From an uncultured virus (IMG/VR IMGVR_UViG_3300025141_012032) (taxonomy: Duplodnaviria > Heunggongvirae > Uroviricota > Caudoviricetes): 64,000 nt of DNA. Under the pieces are notes generated by a model. The model did no database searches. It had not been told where the DNA came from and saw only the letters and a program-made list of their open reading frames with translations. Within the stretch, counting starts at the first letter, position 1. The number at the start of each line of letters is the position of its first letter. The stretch lies in the IMG/VR virus record IMGVR_UViG_3300025141_012032, one strand, 5' to 3'. Below are positions 20,647 through 30,491 of this stretch, one piece after another. The position numbers and the translations under genes were made by a program.

Positions 20647-21121
20647 GAATAAAAATTTATATGTTTTCGATATTGATCGAACGTTAATAACCAGCGAAGA
20701 TGAGTATGGTTCATTAATATGGCTAAAGAATATGGAGCCTCCTTTTATCAACGTTGATGAGGCGACAGTTAGAGATCGCAACGGCGCCACCGCTGTATTG
20801 CATAAGGGAACCAGAGAAGTGTTGGAACACTTAACAGAACAAGACAAACAAATTGGATTTCTTTCCGCAGGTGCTTTATTGGATGTACAATATGAAAAGC
20901 AGCCGTCTGTTATTTTAATGAAAATGTTTGGCATTTATGACTATTTTAATTCTCATAAAATTTTAGAATATAAAAATGTGAAGAAGGAAGAGCACCTTAA
21001 AGATTTTGAAGAATGCGTTTTCTTTGATGATGCTGAACATCACATCGTGCCGGCCCTTAAGTTAGATAATGTTATCGTAGTTGATAGAAAAAGCTTTACA
21101 GACTGGAGGCAGTTATTGTAG
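20633..21121 (+). CDS. HAD phosphatase (magnesium-dependent phosphatase-1-like)
   Basis: VFDIDRTL...FFDD. Confidence 0.7.
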   Translation: MGVLENKNLYVFDIDRTLITSEDEYGSLIWLKNMEPPFINVDEATVRDRNGATAVLHKGTREVLEHLTEQDKQIGFLSAGALLDVQYEKQPSVILMKMFGIYDYFNSHKILEYKNVKKEEHLKDFEECVFFDDAEHHIVPALKLDNVIVVDRKSFTDWRQLL

Positions 21122-21951
21122 ACGAAAGGCAATTTAGACTCAAGGTTTTCAGAAAAGCGTCCATGTGTAGGAACTTTGAAAACTGCGTGTATCAGAACAT
21201 TAAAGACAAGAATATTCAACTCCCAGCGTATATGTCTGCAGGTCAAGAATATATTCCTGCTACATTATCTGAAGTGGTGAGCAATATTACTCCGTATATT
21301 TTTGCACAACACAGAGCACATTCTTGGTATTTGTGTTTTGGTGGTGATATGGTTAAACTTATCGACGAATTACTTGGTAGAAAAACCGGCTGTGCCTATG
21401 GCATGGGAGGATCTGCCAGCATACATTGTCCAGAAATTAACATGTTTGGGCACGATGGATTGATGGGTAGTCAAGTTCCCATCGCTGTTGGTTCTTGCTA
21501 TTCTAATAGAGAGCCCACTATTACTGTTATGGGTGATGCATCCGCAGAAGAAGACTATGTTCTCGGAGCGATGGGCTGGGCATCTACTAAAGAATTGCCA
21601 ATGCTGTTTGTTGTCGAGGACAACAATTTATCAATCCTAACAGAGAAAAGAGTGAGAAGAAAATGGGAGATGGATGACGTTGCTAAAGCTTTCCAAATGG
21701 AAGCATATAGTATAGAGGACGAGCCAATGGAGATACTCAATCATTGTGACGGCCTAATAGAGACACCAAGGCTGTTAAACATTAAAACACACAGACTCTA
21801 TTGGCATGCCGGCGCCGGCTGTGATAATCCTGATATTTTTGACAGGTTTAAGGATGAAATGGCAGATCTGGGCGATGAGGCTATAGAAATCAACCAAAAA
21901 ACCAAAGCAATGGTAGAAGAGACATGGCAAAGACAGTTAGAGATACAATAA
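21115..21951 (+). CDS. TPP-dependent dehydrogenase E1 alpha-like subunit (start uncertain: ATT 21115 or ATG 21163)
   Basis: SAGQE, HRAH, GMGGS, GDASAEE...EDN (TPP motif), HAG.G.D. Confidence 0.85.
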   Translation: MVDERQFRLKVFRKASMCRNFENCVYQNIKDKNIQLPAYMSAGQEYIPATLSEVVSNITPYIFAQHRAHSWYLCFGGDMVKLIDELLGRKTGCAYGMGGSASIHCPEINMFGHDGLMGSQVPIAVGSCYSNREPTITVMGDASAEEDYVLGAMGWASTKELPMLFVVEDNNLSILTEKRVRRKWEMDDVAKAFQMEAYSIEDEPMEILNHCDGLIETPRLLNIKTHRLYWHAGAGCDNPDIFDRFKDEMADLGDEAIEINQKTKAMVEETWQRQLEIQ

Positions 21952-22838
21952 AAGATATTACTAGAAAGCACTTGACAGAACACAATGGTCTTGCTTTCGG
22001 TCAATGTTTGACAGCAGTTGGTTGGGTTGGCGGCACCTTGCCAGAACTATATGAAGAAGACGGCATGGTTGAGCTTTCTATGGCTGACGTCGCCGGCGGT
22101 GGTATTGTTGTTGGCTCTGCCCTCGCCGGCAGAAGACCAATGTATGTTATACGCTATCAAGGATTTAATTGGTACAATTGCCCTAGTGTTGTAAATTATG
22201 CAGCAAAATCAAAAGAAATTTGGAAAGTTCCGTGTCCACTTATGGTAAGAGGCATTGGAATGGAGGGCGCCATTGGTCCTGTGGCAGGTTCATCGCACCA
22301 CTCACTATATTACAGAATGCCTGGACTTAGTATCGCATCTCCAATGACGCCTAATGAATATCAACAAGTATACGATCATTTTATGAGTAATGATGATGTT
22401 TTATATGTCTCAGAACACAGAGGTAGCTATTTAAATACCGAAGAGATGCCTGACATATGGTACCCCGATCCTGACATCGTTTTATTTCCAATCTCAATAA
22501 CAAGATTTGAAGCAGTCAAAGCGCACAAGATGTTGGCTGAAAAAGGAGTCAAAGCGAGCATTATACATCTAAGATGGATTAAACCTTTTAATCTTAGAGA
22601 TCGATGGCGCCAGGAAGTTTTAAAGTCCAGAAAAGGCGCGATAGTCCTGGATGATGATTATGTCGATGGAGTTGCAAAAAGCATAGCCCACGATATTATG
22701 ATGGGCACACACAAGCCGGTTTGGACCATGGGTCTAGAAAATAGAACAGCTGGATTTTATAAAGACGTGGATAATCTACCACCTTCAGCAGAACAGATTA
22801 CACAAAGAATTTTAAATATTATGGAGATTTATAAATGA
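21924..22838 (+). CDS. TPP-dependent dehydrogenase E1 beta/transketolase-like subunit
   Basis: G.ALAGRRP...NYAAK...GPVAGSSH...MPG...PMTP...EHR, WIKP. Adjacent to the alpha subunit. Confidence 0.85.
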   Translation: MAKTVRDTIKDITRKHLTEHNGLAFGQCLTAVGWVGGTLPELYEEDGMVELSMADVAGGGIVVGSALAGRRPMYVIRYQGFNWYNCPSVVNYAAKSKEIWKVPCPLMVRGIGMEGAIGPVAGSSHHSLYYRMPGLSIASPMTPNEYQQVYDHFMSNDDVLYVSEHRGSYLNTEEMPDIWYPDPDIVLFPISITRFEAVKAHKMLAEKGVKASIIHLRWIKPFNLRDRWRQEVLKSRKGAIVLDDDYVDGVAKSIAHDIMMGTHKPVWTMGLENRTAGFYKDVDNLPPSAEQITQRILNIMEIYK

Positions 22839-23758
22839 GCTTAGAAAAGAGAATTAAGGGATTTGATCGCTTAGGGAGCAGATTTCAACACAAAAGATTA
22901 GATAAAGTTCTTATTGGGTACAAAATACCTGATGAGCTATTCAGAAGATTTCAAATTGCAGCTGCATCATATGTGTCGCGATGTTTACCAGGAGAACAGT
23001 TTACAGAACACGAGGATGAACTATTACGAAGAATAGAAAAATATTATAAGGAGATGCCTAACATTACACCAAACGGCTTGGTGGTGCCTAAACGCCATTT
23101 AGTGATAGAATATAATGCACTGATAAGCGCATATGCTTCAATTATAGATTCATGTGGTATAAATGATTTAATTTCAAGCTGGCACGTACCTCTTAATCTT
23201 AGAATTAAACTTGGAGAAGCAGACGCATTTAATATGACAAGACACCACCCTACAGAGTATCCACATTCAGATAGTTGGGCTGGTGAATCTAGCGAAAGCG
23301 TGACAACCCATATTCCTATCTTTGGAGATTTCGAAAGAAATCATTTAGCGTTTTTCTCACCTCCAGATGACTTTAAGGAAGAGTGGATGGGTTATCTTCC
23401 ATCGTATAAAGATGGCAAAGAAATCGCAGATCGATATACTAAATTAGAGGCTAAGCCAAAAAAAGGTCATTTATACTTTGCAGATTTTGCTGGATTACAC
23501 TCTTCTTATAGATTACCAAATGCTGGGCCCCGAGTTACAATTGATACAACGTTTGTGCTCAATCGTCCAGAACCAATTCTTGGAACCGAGCATCCATGGA
23601 GAGAGAACGAGAGGGCGACACATGACATATTTTCATCGCTAGGATCCGAAAAGCTTTTTTATTTTCCAGACTCTAATGAAGAATTTGTTGATAGCGAGCG
23701 CGGCTTTAAGCATCCCACAAACTTGCATGTTTTAGATTTAGGAATTAAAGATGAGTAG
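22835..23758 (+). CDS. Putative Fe(II)/2-oxoglutarate oxygenase-like protein
   Basis: PHSDSW (HxD), distal LHSS and R.TID. Confidence 0.5.
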   Translation: MSLEKRIKGFDRLGSRFQHKRLDKVLIGYKIPDELFRRFQIAAASYVSRCLPGEQFTEHEDELLRRIEKYYKEMPNITPNGLVVPKRHLVIEYNALISAYASIIDSCGINDLISSWHVPLNLRIKLGEADAFNMTRHHPTEYPHSDSWAGESSESVTTHIPIFGDFERNHLAFFSPPDDFKEEWMGYLPSYKDGKEIADRYTKLEAKPKKGHLYFADFAGLHSSYRLPNAGPRVTIDTTFVLNRPEPILGTEHPWRENERATHDIFSSLGSEKLFYFPDSNEEFVDSERGFKHPTNLHVLDLGIKDE

Positions 23759-25271
23759 ACAATTAGATGTTTTATTTGTACACCCCAATGCATCAAAAAA
23801 GATTTATCAAGATTTAAGCAATGATTATTCTGCTATCGAGCCTCCAATTTGGGCTGCTATGCTAGCACAGCATTGTCGCTCTAATGGTTTTGGTAGTCAG
23901 ATTCTTGATTGCGAAGCAGAAAGGCTTAGTTATATTGAATCCGCACAAGTTATTAAAGATGTAAATCCAAGGATTGTTTGTTTTGTGGTTTATGGCCAGC
24001 AGCCTTCTGCTTCAACTCAAAACATGCACGGGGCAGTCGGACTAGCTGACGAATTAAAAAAGATTGCCCCTAACTTGAGAACACTTTTTGTTGGGGGTCA
24101 CGTGGCAGCACTGCCGCGAGAAACGCTAAAAGAACCAAGCATTGATATGATCTGCCAGAATGAAGGCGTATATACTATCAGTGGTTTGCTATCTATTAAT
24201 AATTTAGATGATCAGTCTCAAATAAGCAAAGTTAAGGGCCTGGGATATAAAGTAGACGGGGTTCCAGTATTAAATGAGCCATCTGCAATTGTAGCTAAGA
24301 AAGATCTATCAAGAGACTTGCCGGGAATGGCCTGGGATCTGCTTCCGGATATTAACAAATATAGAACTGCAGGATGGCACTCTTGGTCAAACAATACTGA
24401 AAATACACCATTTGCTGCTCTGTACACAAGTTTAGGGTGTCCTTTCCGATGTTCGTTTTGTATGATTAATATTATTAACAGGACTAATTCTGCGGCGCAC
24501 ATTGCTAGCGCTGATAGCAATGTTTTTAGATTTTGGGATCCAAAGTTTATCATTAGACAGTTTGATGAAATCGCCGCTATGGGGGTTAAGAACGTTAAAA
24601 TTGCAGACGAGCTGTTCGTTCTTAATCCTCGTCATTTTTTAAAGATATGCGATATGCTTATTGAAAGAGATTATGGGTTTAATATCTGGGCATATTCTAG
24701 GATTGATACATGTAAACCAAAATACCTAGAGACATTAAAGAAAGCTGGCATAAACTGGCTCGGCTTAGGAATTGAAAATCCAGATCAGGTGCTTAGAAAA
24801 GAAATTCACAAAGATGGATTTAAAGAAGTTCGCATTCTTGATATAATACAAGAAGTAAGAGATGCCGGCATTAACATCGGTGGTAACTATATTTTTGGCT
24901 TGCCAATGGATACCGAAGAATCATTACAGGCAACTTTAGATTTTGCACTAGAGAATAAAACAGAAATGACCAACATGTATTGTGCCATGGCATATCCTGG
25001 AAGTCCACTTCATTTGACTGCTAAGAAAAAAGGTTGGAAGCTTCCGGATACATACGCTGGATATAGTCAGCATTCATATGAGACATTAAACTTGTCAAAT
25101 GACAATCTTTCAGCAAAACAAATATTAGCATTTAGAGATAAGGCTTGGATGAAGTATCATACCGATCCATCATATCTTAAGCTGCTTGAGAATAAGTTCG
25201 GTATTAAAGCTAGAGAAAATGTAGAAAAGTCTACTAAAATTAAACTTAAGAGAAAACTATTGGGCGACTGA
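23751..25271 (+). CDS. Cobalamin-binding radical SAM enzyme (class B methyltransferase-like)
   Basis: N-terminal B12-binding region (EPP...VGGH), GCPFRCSFC, DELF, GIE, YIFGLP, YPGSPL. Confidence 0.92.
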   Translation: MSRQLDVLFVHPNASKKIYQDLSNDYSAIEPPIWAAMLAQHCRSNGFGSQILDCEAERLSYIESAQVIKDVNPRIVCFVVYGQQPSASTQNMHGAVGLADELKKIAPNLRTLFVGGHVAALPRETLKEPSIDMICQNEGVYTISGLLSINNLDDQSQISKVKGLGYKVDGVPVLNEPSAIVAKKDLSRDLPGMAWDLLPDINKYRTAGWHSWSNNTENTPFAALYTSLGCPFRCSFCMINIINRTNSAAHIASADSNVFRFWDPKFIIRQFDEIAAMGVKNVKIADELFVLNPRHFLKICDMLIERDYGFNIWAYSRIDTCKPKYLETLKKAGINWLGLGIENPDQVLRKEIHKDGFKEVRILDIIQEVRDAGINIGGNYIFGLPMDTEESLQATLDFALENKTEMTNMYCAMAYPGSPLHLTAKKKGWKLPDTYAGYSQHSYETLNLSNDNLSAKQILAFRDKAWMKYHTDPSYLKLLENKFGIKARENVEKSTKIKLKRKLLGD

Positions 25272-26833
25272 TGAGGCAAAAAATTTCAATGACATGTCCG
25301 ACTCGCGACCGAGTTGCGATGTTAGAGAGACTTATTAATAACATTTATGCAAAAGGTACAGAGAAGCTAAACTCAAAAGACTATTTTGAATTGATATTTG
25401 TTGTTGATAATGATGATGTAAAAACTTTATCGTTTTTTAATGATGCGAAGGATCTTCCATCTACTATTAAAGTACTCTTGAGAGAACGTAGCGAATGGTT
25501 TAATAGAGACTACCCAAATTTTGCCGCAGCACACACCACAGGAGATCTTATTTGGGGAATAGGTGACGATATCGAAATACAAGTAGAAAATTGGGATCAA
25601 CTACTCTTAGAAAAAGCCAACTTGTTTGAAAATTATATTAAAAGAGGCTCTCTTGAAAACGAATTTTATAACTGGCCTAAACAAGATTTGGCATATCTTA
25701 TAAATATTGATTGCCAAGATGGTGATTTTGAAAATTATTTAATTTGTAGACCATCATTTCCTATAATAACTCGTGAAGCTTATGAAACAATTGGTTTTTT
25801 AGTTCCTCCTGAATGGAAGTTTTGGGGAGCAGATATGGCTTTAGGTGAAATGTTTCGTCGGGCCAATAGAGTGCTCACATTAGGTGAGTTTAAAATTGGC
25901 CATTGGACATATAATAATAAAAATAAACATTTTTATAGAGAGGAAGATAAGATAAATGAAAATACGAAAAGTACTCTTGAATCGTGTCCGATGACAAAAC
26001 TTTCGCTTGAAGAGACGGAATCGATAATTAATAGTTATGCGGCGCCACTTAATACCTGCGACCAAAAGTCTTCTCCATCTAGAATTGTTTTAAGTGCTTT
26101 CGAAGAGGCACCAGAGGATGGAATATCACGACTGGCCCTCCAACGATTGGGAGAGGAGGGTGCTTTTCTCAATAAGAAATTAAATCATGCAACCTACGAC
26201 AAAGATTTATGGTATATCACATGCCCAGAATGTACTTATGGTTCTCACATTTATTCAAAAAGACAGCTTGACAATAATCCAAAATTAACTGCTTCGGTAA
26301 AAGAGTATGTTTCTATTATAGCGAAGCAGCAACTCGCACGTATACGCCTCAAATATACAGACGAAGATTTTAAGGAAGCGCTTGAAAACTATGATTTAAC
26401 AAATTTACATAGCGATTTTGCCTTAGACGTAATAGATTCTGCAAATAAAGAATTCACCCAGATAGTCCGAGGTATAGCCCCGCAAAATCGCCAGGCGCTC
26501 GATGCTTTCGACTTTAGAGTCGCGGATCTCCGATTCGGTAATGAATGGTGTGAGATTCACAATAATGTCGAAATGAAGCTGAACGTTTATAGTAAAACCG
26601 ATAGCAGATTAATTTGTCAAAAACAAGAATGTAATTTTGAAATTGATCTCACAAAATATGAGAGAGAATGTCCATCGTGTGGATATTGTGGAGTATGGGC
26701 TTTTGATTCTCAAGCCGCCTTCGATAGAAAACTAATTTTTGATAATTTACGTAAAAGATATATATCAATAAAAGATAAATTTGAGTGCTTATATCACAAA
26801 CTTGAATATAAACTAAGCAAAGTGAGTCAATAA
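25271..26833 (+). CDS. GT2/GT-A glycosyltransferase with C-terminal CxxC extension (paralog A)
   Basis: ISMTCPTRDR...VDNDD...GDD, then CPEC, CQKQEC, CPSC. Confidence 0.7.
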   Translation: MRQKISMTCPTRDRVAMLERLINNIYAKGTEKLNSKDYFELIFVVDNDDVKTLSFFNDAKDLPSTIKVLLRERSEWFNRDYPNFAAAHTTGDLIWGIGDDIEIQVENWDQLLLEKANLFENYIKRGSLENEFYNWPKQDLAYLINIDCQDGDFENYLICRPSFPIITREAYETIGFLVPPEWKFWGADMALGEMFRRANRVLTLGEFKIGHWTYNNKNKHFYREEDKINENTKSTLESCPMTKLSLEETESIINSYAAPLNTCDQKSSPSRIVLSAFEEAPEDGISRLALQRLGEEGAFLNKKLNHATYDKDLWYITCPECTYGSHIYSKRQLDNNPKLTASVKEYVSIIAKQQLARIRLKYTDEDFKEALENYDLTNLHSDFALDVIDSANKEFTQIVRGIAPQNRQALDAFDFRVADLRFGNEWCEIHNNVEMKLNVYSKTDSRLICQKQECNFEIDLTKYERECPSCGYCGVWAFDSQAAFDRKLIFDNLRKRYISIKDKFECLYHKLEYKLSKVSQ

Positions 26834-28131
26834 TGAGACAAAAAATATCAATGGTGTGCCCGACTCGTCAAAGGGTTGATATGTTGCAAAGAATGATGAA
26901 TAGTATATTTGAAAAAGGATCTGAGAATTTATTTCATGAAGAATATTTCGAACTGTTATTAATAGTTGATAATGACGACACCGAAACGATAAACTTCTAC
27001 AATGAAAATTATTTAGATCACCAAACCATCAAAATGTTGGTCAGAGAAAGAAGTGAATGGTTCAACAGAGATTATTTAACTTATGGCGCCATTAAATCCT
27101 CTGGCGATTTAATATGGGGTATTGCTGATGATATTGAGATACTCACACATAATTGGGATAAATTATTAATTTCCAAAGTTTTAGAGTTTGAAAATATAGT
27201 TCGTTCTAAGGTGCTAGATAACTATTACTATAATTGGGAGCCTGATGAGATGGCTTATTTGATTGCTGTAGACTGCAGCGATGGAGATTTTGAACATTAT
27301 GATTTTTGTCGACCATCGTTTCCTATTATAACGAAAGAAGGAGTAGAAAAATTAGGCTTTTTTGCTCCTCCTGAGTGGAAGTTTTGGGGCGCTGACTATG
27401 CTGTAGGGCAGATATACAGAAAGGCCGGAAAGGTTTTCCACCTACCAGATATTAAAGTGGCTCATTGGACATTTAGTAATGTTAATGAAGATTATGTTAG
27501 AGAAAAAGATACCACAAATCAAGAGACGGAAGAAACTAGCAGAAATTGTAAAATGACTTCCGCGCGCTATAGAAAACAAGAAAATATAATTGATGCTTAT
27601 TCTAATCTTCTGATGAAAAAAGATAAAAGAAGATATGAACCATCAAGAATATCTCTTGAATCGTTGCTTGAGCCATCAATTTCCTTATATAAAGAAATAT
27701 CATATATAAAAAAGGCCGCAGAACAACTTCACGTTCAATGTGGCTCAATTGTGGTTGAGTGCCCAAAGTGCAAATTTGAAGACTTTTATCTTTCAGATAC
27801 AAGTTTACCCACGTGCCCGGTACATCAAAATCCAAAGCTAGAATACGATATAAAAGTAGCCGGCCTCAGCGCCGATGAAATTGAAGGTCATGAAGAAGCT
27901 TTTTCTCAATATGAGATGGAATTAAAGTGCCCAGAGTGCGATTATCTGGTTGATCTCGAAAAAGAACTTAATTCATGTCCAAATCCTCAGTGCGATTATG
28001 TTGGTAAATTCGATTTTATGTTAGAGATAACAATAGATTTTCGTTTACAATATAAAGATCTTATAGAAAGATACAATAGACTGGCAGAAAAGTATGCAGC
28101 ACTACAAGTCTTGCTGTCGGGCGCCCAATAA
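26833..28131 (+). CDS. GT2/GT-A glycosyltransferase with C-terminal CxxC extension (paralog B)
   Basis: ISMVCPTRQR...VDNDD...ADD, then CPKC, CPVH, CPEC, CPNPQC. Confidence 0.7.
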   Translation: MRQKISMVCPTRQRVDMLQRMMNSIFEKGSENLFHEEYFELLLIVDNDDTETINFYNENYLDHQTIKMLVRERSEWFNRDYLTYGAIKSSGDLIWGIADDIEILTHNWDKLLISKVLEFENIVRSKVLDNYYYNWEPDEMAYLIAVDCSDGDFEHYDFCRPSFPIITKEGVEKLGFFAPPEWKFWGADYAVGQIYRKAGKVFHLPDIKVAHWTFSNVNEDYVREKDTTNQETEETSRNCKMTSARYRKQENIIDAYSNLLMKKDKRRYEPSRISLESLLEPSISLYKEISYIKKAAEQLHVQCGSIVVECPKCKFEDFYLSDTSLPTCPVHQNPKLEYDIKVAGLSADEIEGHEEAFSQYEMELKCPECDYLVDLEKELNSCPNPQCDYVGKFDFMLEITIDFRLQYKDLIERYNRLAEKYAALQVLLSGAQ

Positions 28132-28279
28132 GGCAAAAATGACCAATACACAAGACGAATGTTATGGAGTACAATATACTCTGGGATAGCGTTATAACGA
28201 CGATGGATTATCGTTTTGATATTCCGATTTTATAAAGAGACAAGATTAAAGTTTTACAAAACTTATTAGGAAACAAATA

Positions 28280-29467
28280 ATGACATTTAAAAAATTTAGA
28301 GCAAACGACATCGCATATCCATTAGCGATGGAGACAATTAGCGACGAAGATATTGACACACTTAGAGAGTGGTTAAAGTTATATCCCAAGCTTACAAAAG
28401 GAGATCTTACTCTTAAGTTTGAAAAACTCTGGGCCGATTATATTGGTACAAAGTATGCAGTATTTTGCAATTCTGGCTCCTCTGCTAATCTATTAATGGT
28501 ATACGCAGCGCTACATGCTGGCTTAATTAACAACAAAAAGATTGCTGTTCCGTCCGTTGGTTGGGTAACTACGCTTTCTCCAGCTATTCAGTTTGGCCTT
28601 GAGCCTATAATGGTGGGTGCAGATCCTAATACTTTTGGCATGGATCTGGATGCTTTAGAAAAGCTTTGTGAAAAAGAAGCTCCAGACGCGGTTATCTTTG
28701 TTCAAGTTTTGGGCGTACCTCATTATAAAGAAAGAATATTGGAGCTAAAAGAAAAGTATGGATTTACTCTTTTAGAAGATTCTTGTGCCGCGCTGGGTGC
28801 TGAATATTCTGACGGATCTATGGTTGGTACTGTCGGCGATATGTCTAGCTTTTCTTTTTATTTTGGTCACCAGCTTTCATCAATTGAAGGCGGCATGGTA
28901 AATACTGATAGTAAAGAATTATATGACCTGATGCTTATGCTTCGTAGTCACGGCTGGGGCAAAGACCTAGACCAAGAAACATATGATAGCATGATTGAAG
29001 AGCACGAAATTGACGATTTTCATAAGCCGTTCACTTTCTTCGTTGCGGGATTCAACCTGCGCTCAACAGATTTGCAGGCGTTCATTGGAATACGACAGAT
29101 GAAAAAGGCTGAATGGGTCGCGCAGAGAAGATACGAGAATCATGTTCGATATGCACAAAACTTAGAAGGATACGTTCAGTTTCAAGATTGGAGAGATCAT
29201 AAGCCAGTATCAATTTCGTTTGGCGCCCTAGCTACCAGCAAAGAACATCGAACAGAAATTGTTAATAGATTGGTTGAGAGCAAGATTGAGACAAGAATTT
29301 TTAGTGCCGGCAACTTAGGTCTTCATCCTTTTTGGGTGCGTAGATACGGCAAATTTGACGATGAAATGAGCAATATTATTCACTCTCGGGGATTCTTTGT
29401 ACCTAACTACCCAGAACTCACCAACGAAGATATTGATTATATTTGTAGTGTTATAAAAGGTGAGTAA
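28280..29467 (+). CDS. DegT-family PLP/PMP enzyme with His at the catalytic Lys position (ColD/RfbH-like 3-dehydratase)
   Basis: NSGSSANL, EDSC, SFYFGHQLSSIEGG, RSHGW, FNLRSTD. Confidence 0.8.
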   Translation: MTFKKFRANDIAYPLAMETISDEDIDTLREWLKLYPKLTKGDLTLKFEKLWADYIGTKYAVFCNSGSSANLLMVYAALHAGLINNKKIAVPSVGWVTTLSPAIQFGLEPIMVGADPNTFGMDLDALEKLCEKEAPDAVIFVQVLGVPHYKERILELKEKYGFTLLEDSCAALGAEYSDGSMVGTVGDMSSFSFYFGHQLSSIEGGMVNTDSKELYDLMLMLRSHGWGKDLDQETYDSMIEEHEIDDFHKPFTFFVAGFNLRSTDLQAFIGIRQMKKAEWVAQRRYENHVRYAQNLEGYVQFQDWRDHKPVSISFGALATSKEHRTEIVNRLVESKIETRIFSAGNLGLHPFWVRRYGKFDDEMSNIIHSRGFFVPNYPELTNEDIDYICSVIKGE

Positions 29468-30207
29468 TGAGAATTCTTGTTATTGGAGATAGTTGCAAAG
29501 ACATTTTTATTTATGGAGATTGCAATAGATTGGCCCCGGCAGCGCCAGTTCCTGTATTTGTCGAAAGGCATAGAAAGAGTAACAAAGGCATGGCCGGCAA
29601 TGTTTATGAAAATGTTATATCTTTAGGCCTTCCGTGTAGAATAATAACTAACAAAACTGAGATCACAAAAACTCGCTATGTAGAAAAAAAGACTAATCAT
29701 ATGTTGGTGCGGGTTGACTCTTCTGAGGGGGAAATAGATAGAATCGAAGAAATCGATCCAGAAGAGCTTAAGCAGTTCGCTGCAATTATAATTTCTGATT
29801 ATGATAAAGGATTCTTGCTTGAGGAAGATATACAATTTATTGCCGAGAATCACGAACTGGTGTTTTTAGATACAAAAAAACTTTTAGGAGCTTGGGCAAA
29901 AAATCTCAACTTTATTAAGATCAATGAGCAGGAATTTGAAAGAACAAAACACCTGCTAACAGATGAAGATGATTGGTTGGATAAAAAACTTATTATTACT
30001 GTGGGTTCTCACGGATGTTTATACGATGGCGAAATTTATCCAGTTGAAAAAGTTGAAATTAAAGATCTGACAGGAGCGGGAGATTCATTCTTAGCCGCTT
30101 TAGTATGTCGCTTTATTCAAGGCGAAAATATAGTAGAGTCTATAAAATATGCTAATGATTGTGCAACAAAAGTTGTACAACAAAAAGGAGTTAATACAAT
30201 AATATGA
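29467..30207 (+). CDS. rfaE1: PfkB sugar kinase, HldE/RfaE domain I-like (heptose-7-phosphate kinase)
   Basis: RLAPAAPVPV, GMAGNV, KTRY, ISDYDKG, DLTGAGDSF. Confidence 0.82.
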   Translation: MRILVIGDSCKDIFIYGDCNRLAPAAPVPVFVERHRKSNKGMAGNVYENVISLGLPCRIITNKTEITKTRYVEKKTNHMLVRVDSSEGEIDRIEEIDPEELKQFAAIIISDYDKGFLLEEDIQFIAENHELVFLDTKKLLGAWAKNLNFIKINEQEFERTKHLLTDEDDWLDKKLIITVGSHGCLYDGEIYPVEKVEIKDLTGAGDSFLAALVCRFIQGENIVESIKYANDCATKVVQQKGVNTII

Positions 30208-30491
30208 CATTTAAAGAATACTATCAATATTATCTTACGCTACATCAAAATCCCGTAAACAGATATTTGCATGTATTAGGACAACTAACGACAATTAGTT
30301 ATGTGGTTTCGATGATTGCGACCGGCTGGTGGTGGGCCCTGTTTGCAGCGCCATTCGTGGTATATCCGTTTGCGTGGAGTGGCCACTTCTTTTTTGAAAA
30401 GAATATACCTGCAGCCTTTTCTCGTCCTATTTGGGCGAAAGCGTGTGACTGGGTTATGCTTAAGGATATTTTAACAGGTAAGCTTAAGTGA
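30204..30491 (+). CDS. DUF962 (Mpo1-like) membrane protein
   Basis: YLTLHQNPVNRYLHVLG...AWSGHFFFEKN.PA.F. Confidence 0.85.
   Translation: MTFKEYYQYYLTLHQNPVNRYLHVLGQLTTISYVVSMIATGWWWALFAAPFVVYPFAWSGHFFFEKNIPAAFSRPIWAKACDWVMLKDILTGKLK

Noticed and set aside
21115..22838. Pyruvate dehydrogenase as a central-metabolism auxiliary gene
   Set aside because: No E2/E3, divergent sequences, and embedded in the sugar cluster.
28132..28279. ncRNA or small gene in the largest intergenic gap
   Set aside because: Only very short ORFs (under 25 codons in the + strand frames checked). No convincing hairpin, tRNA fold or promoter recognised.
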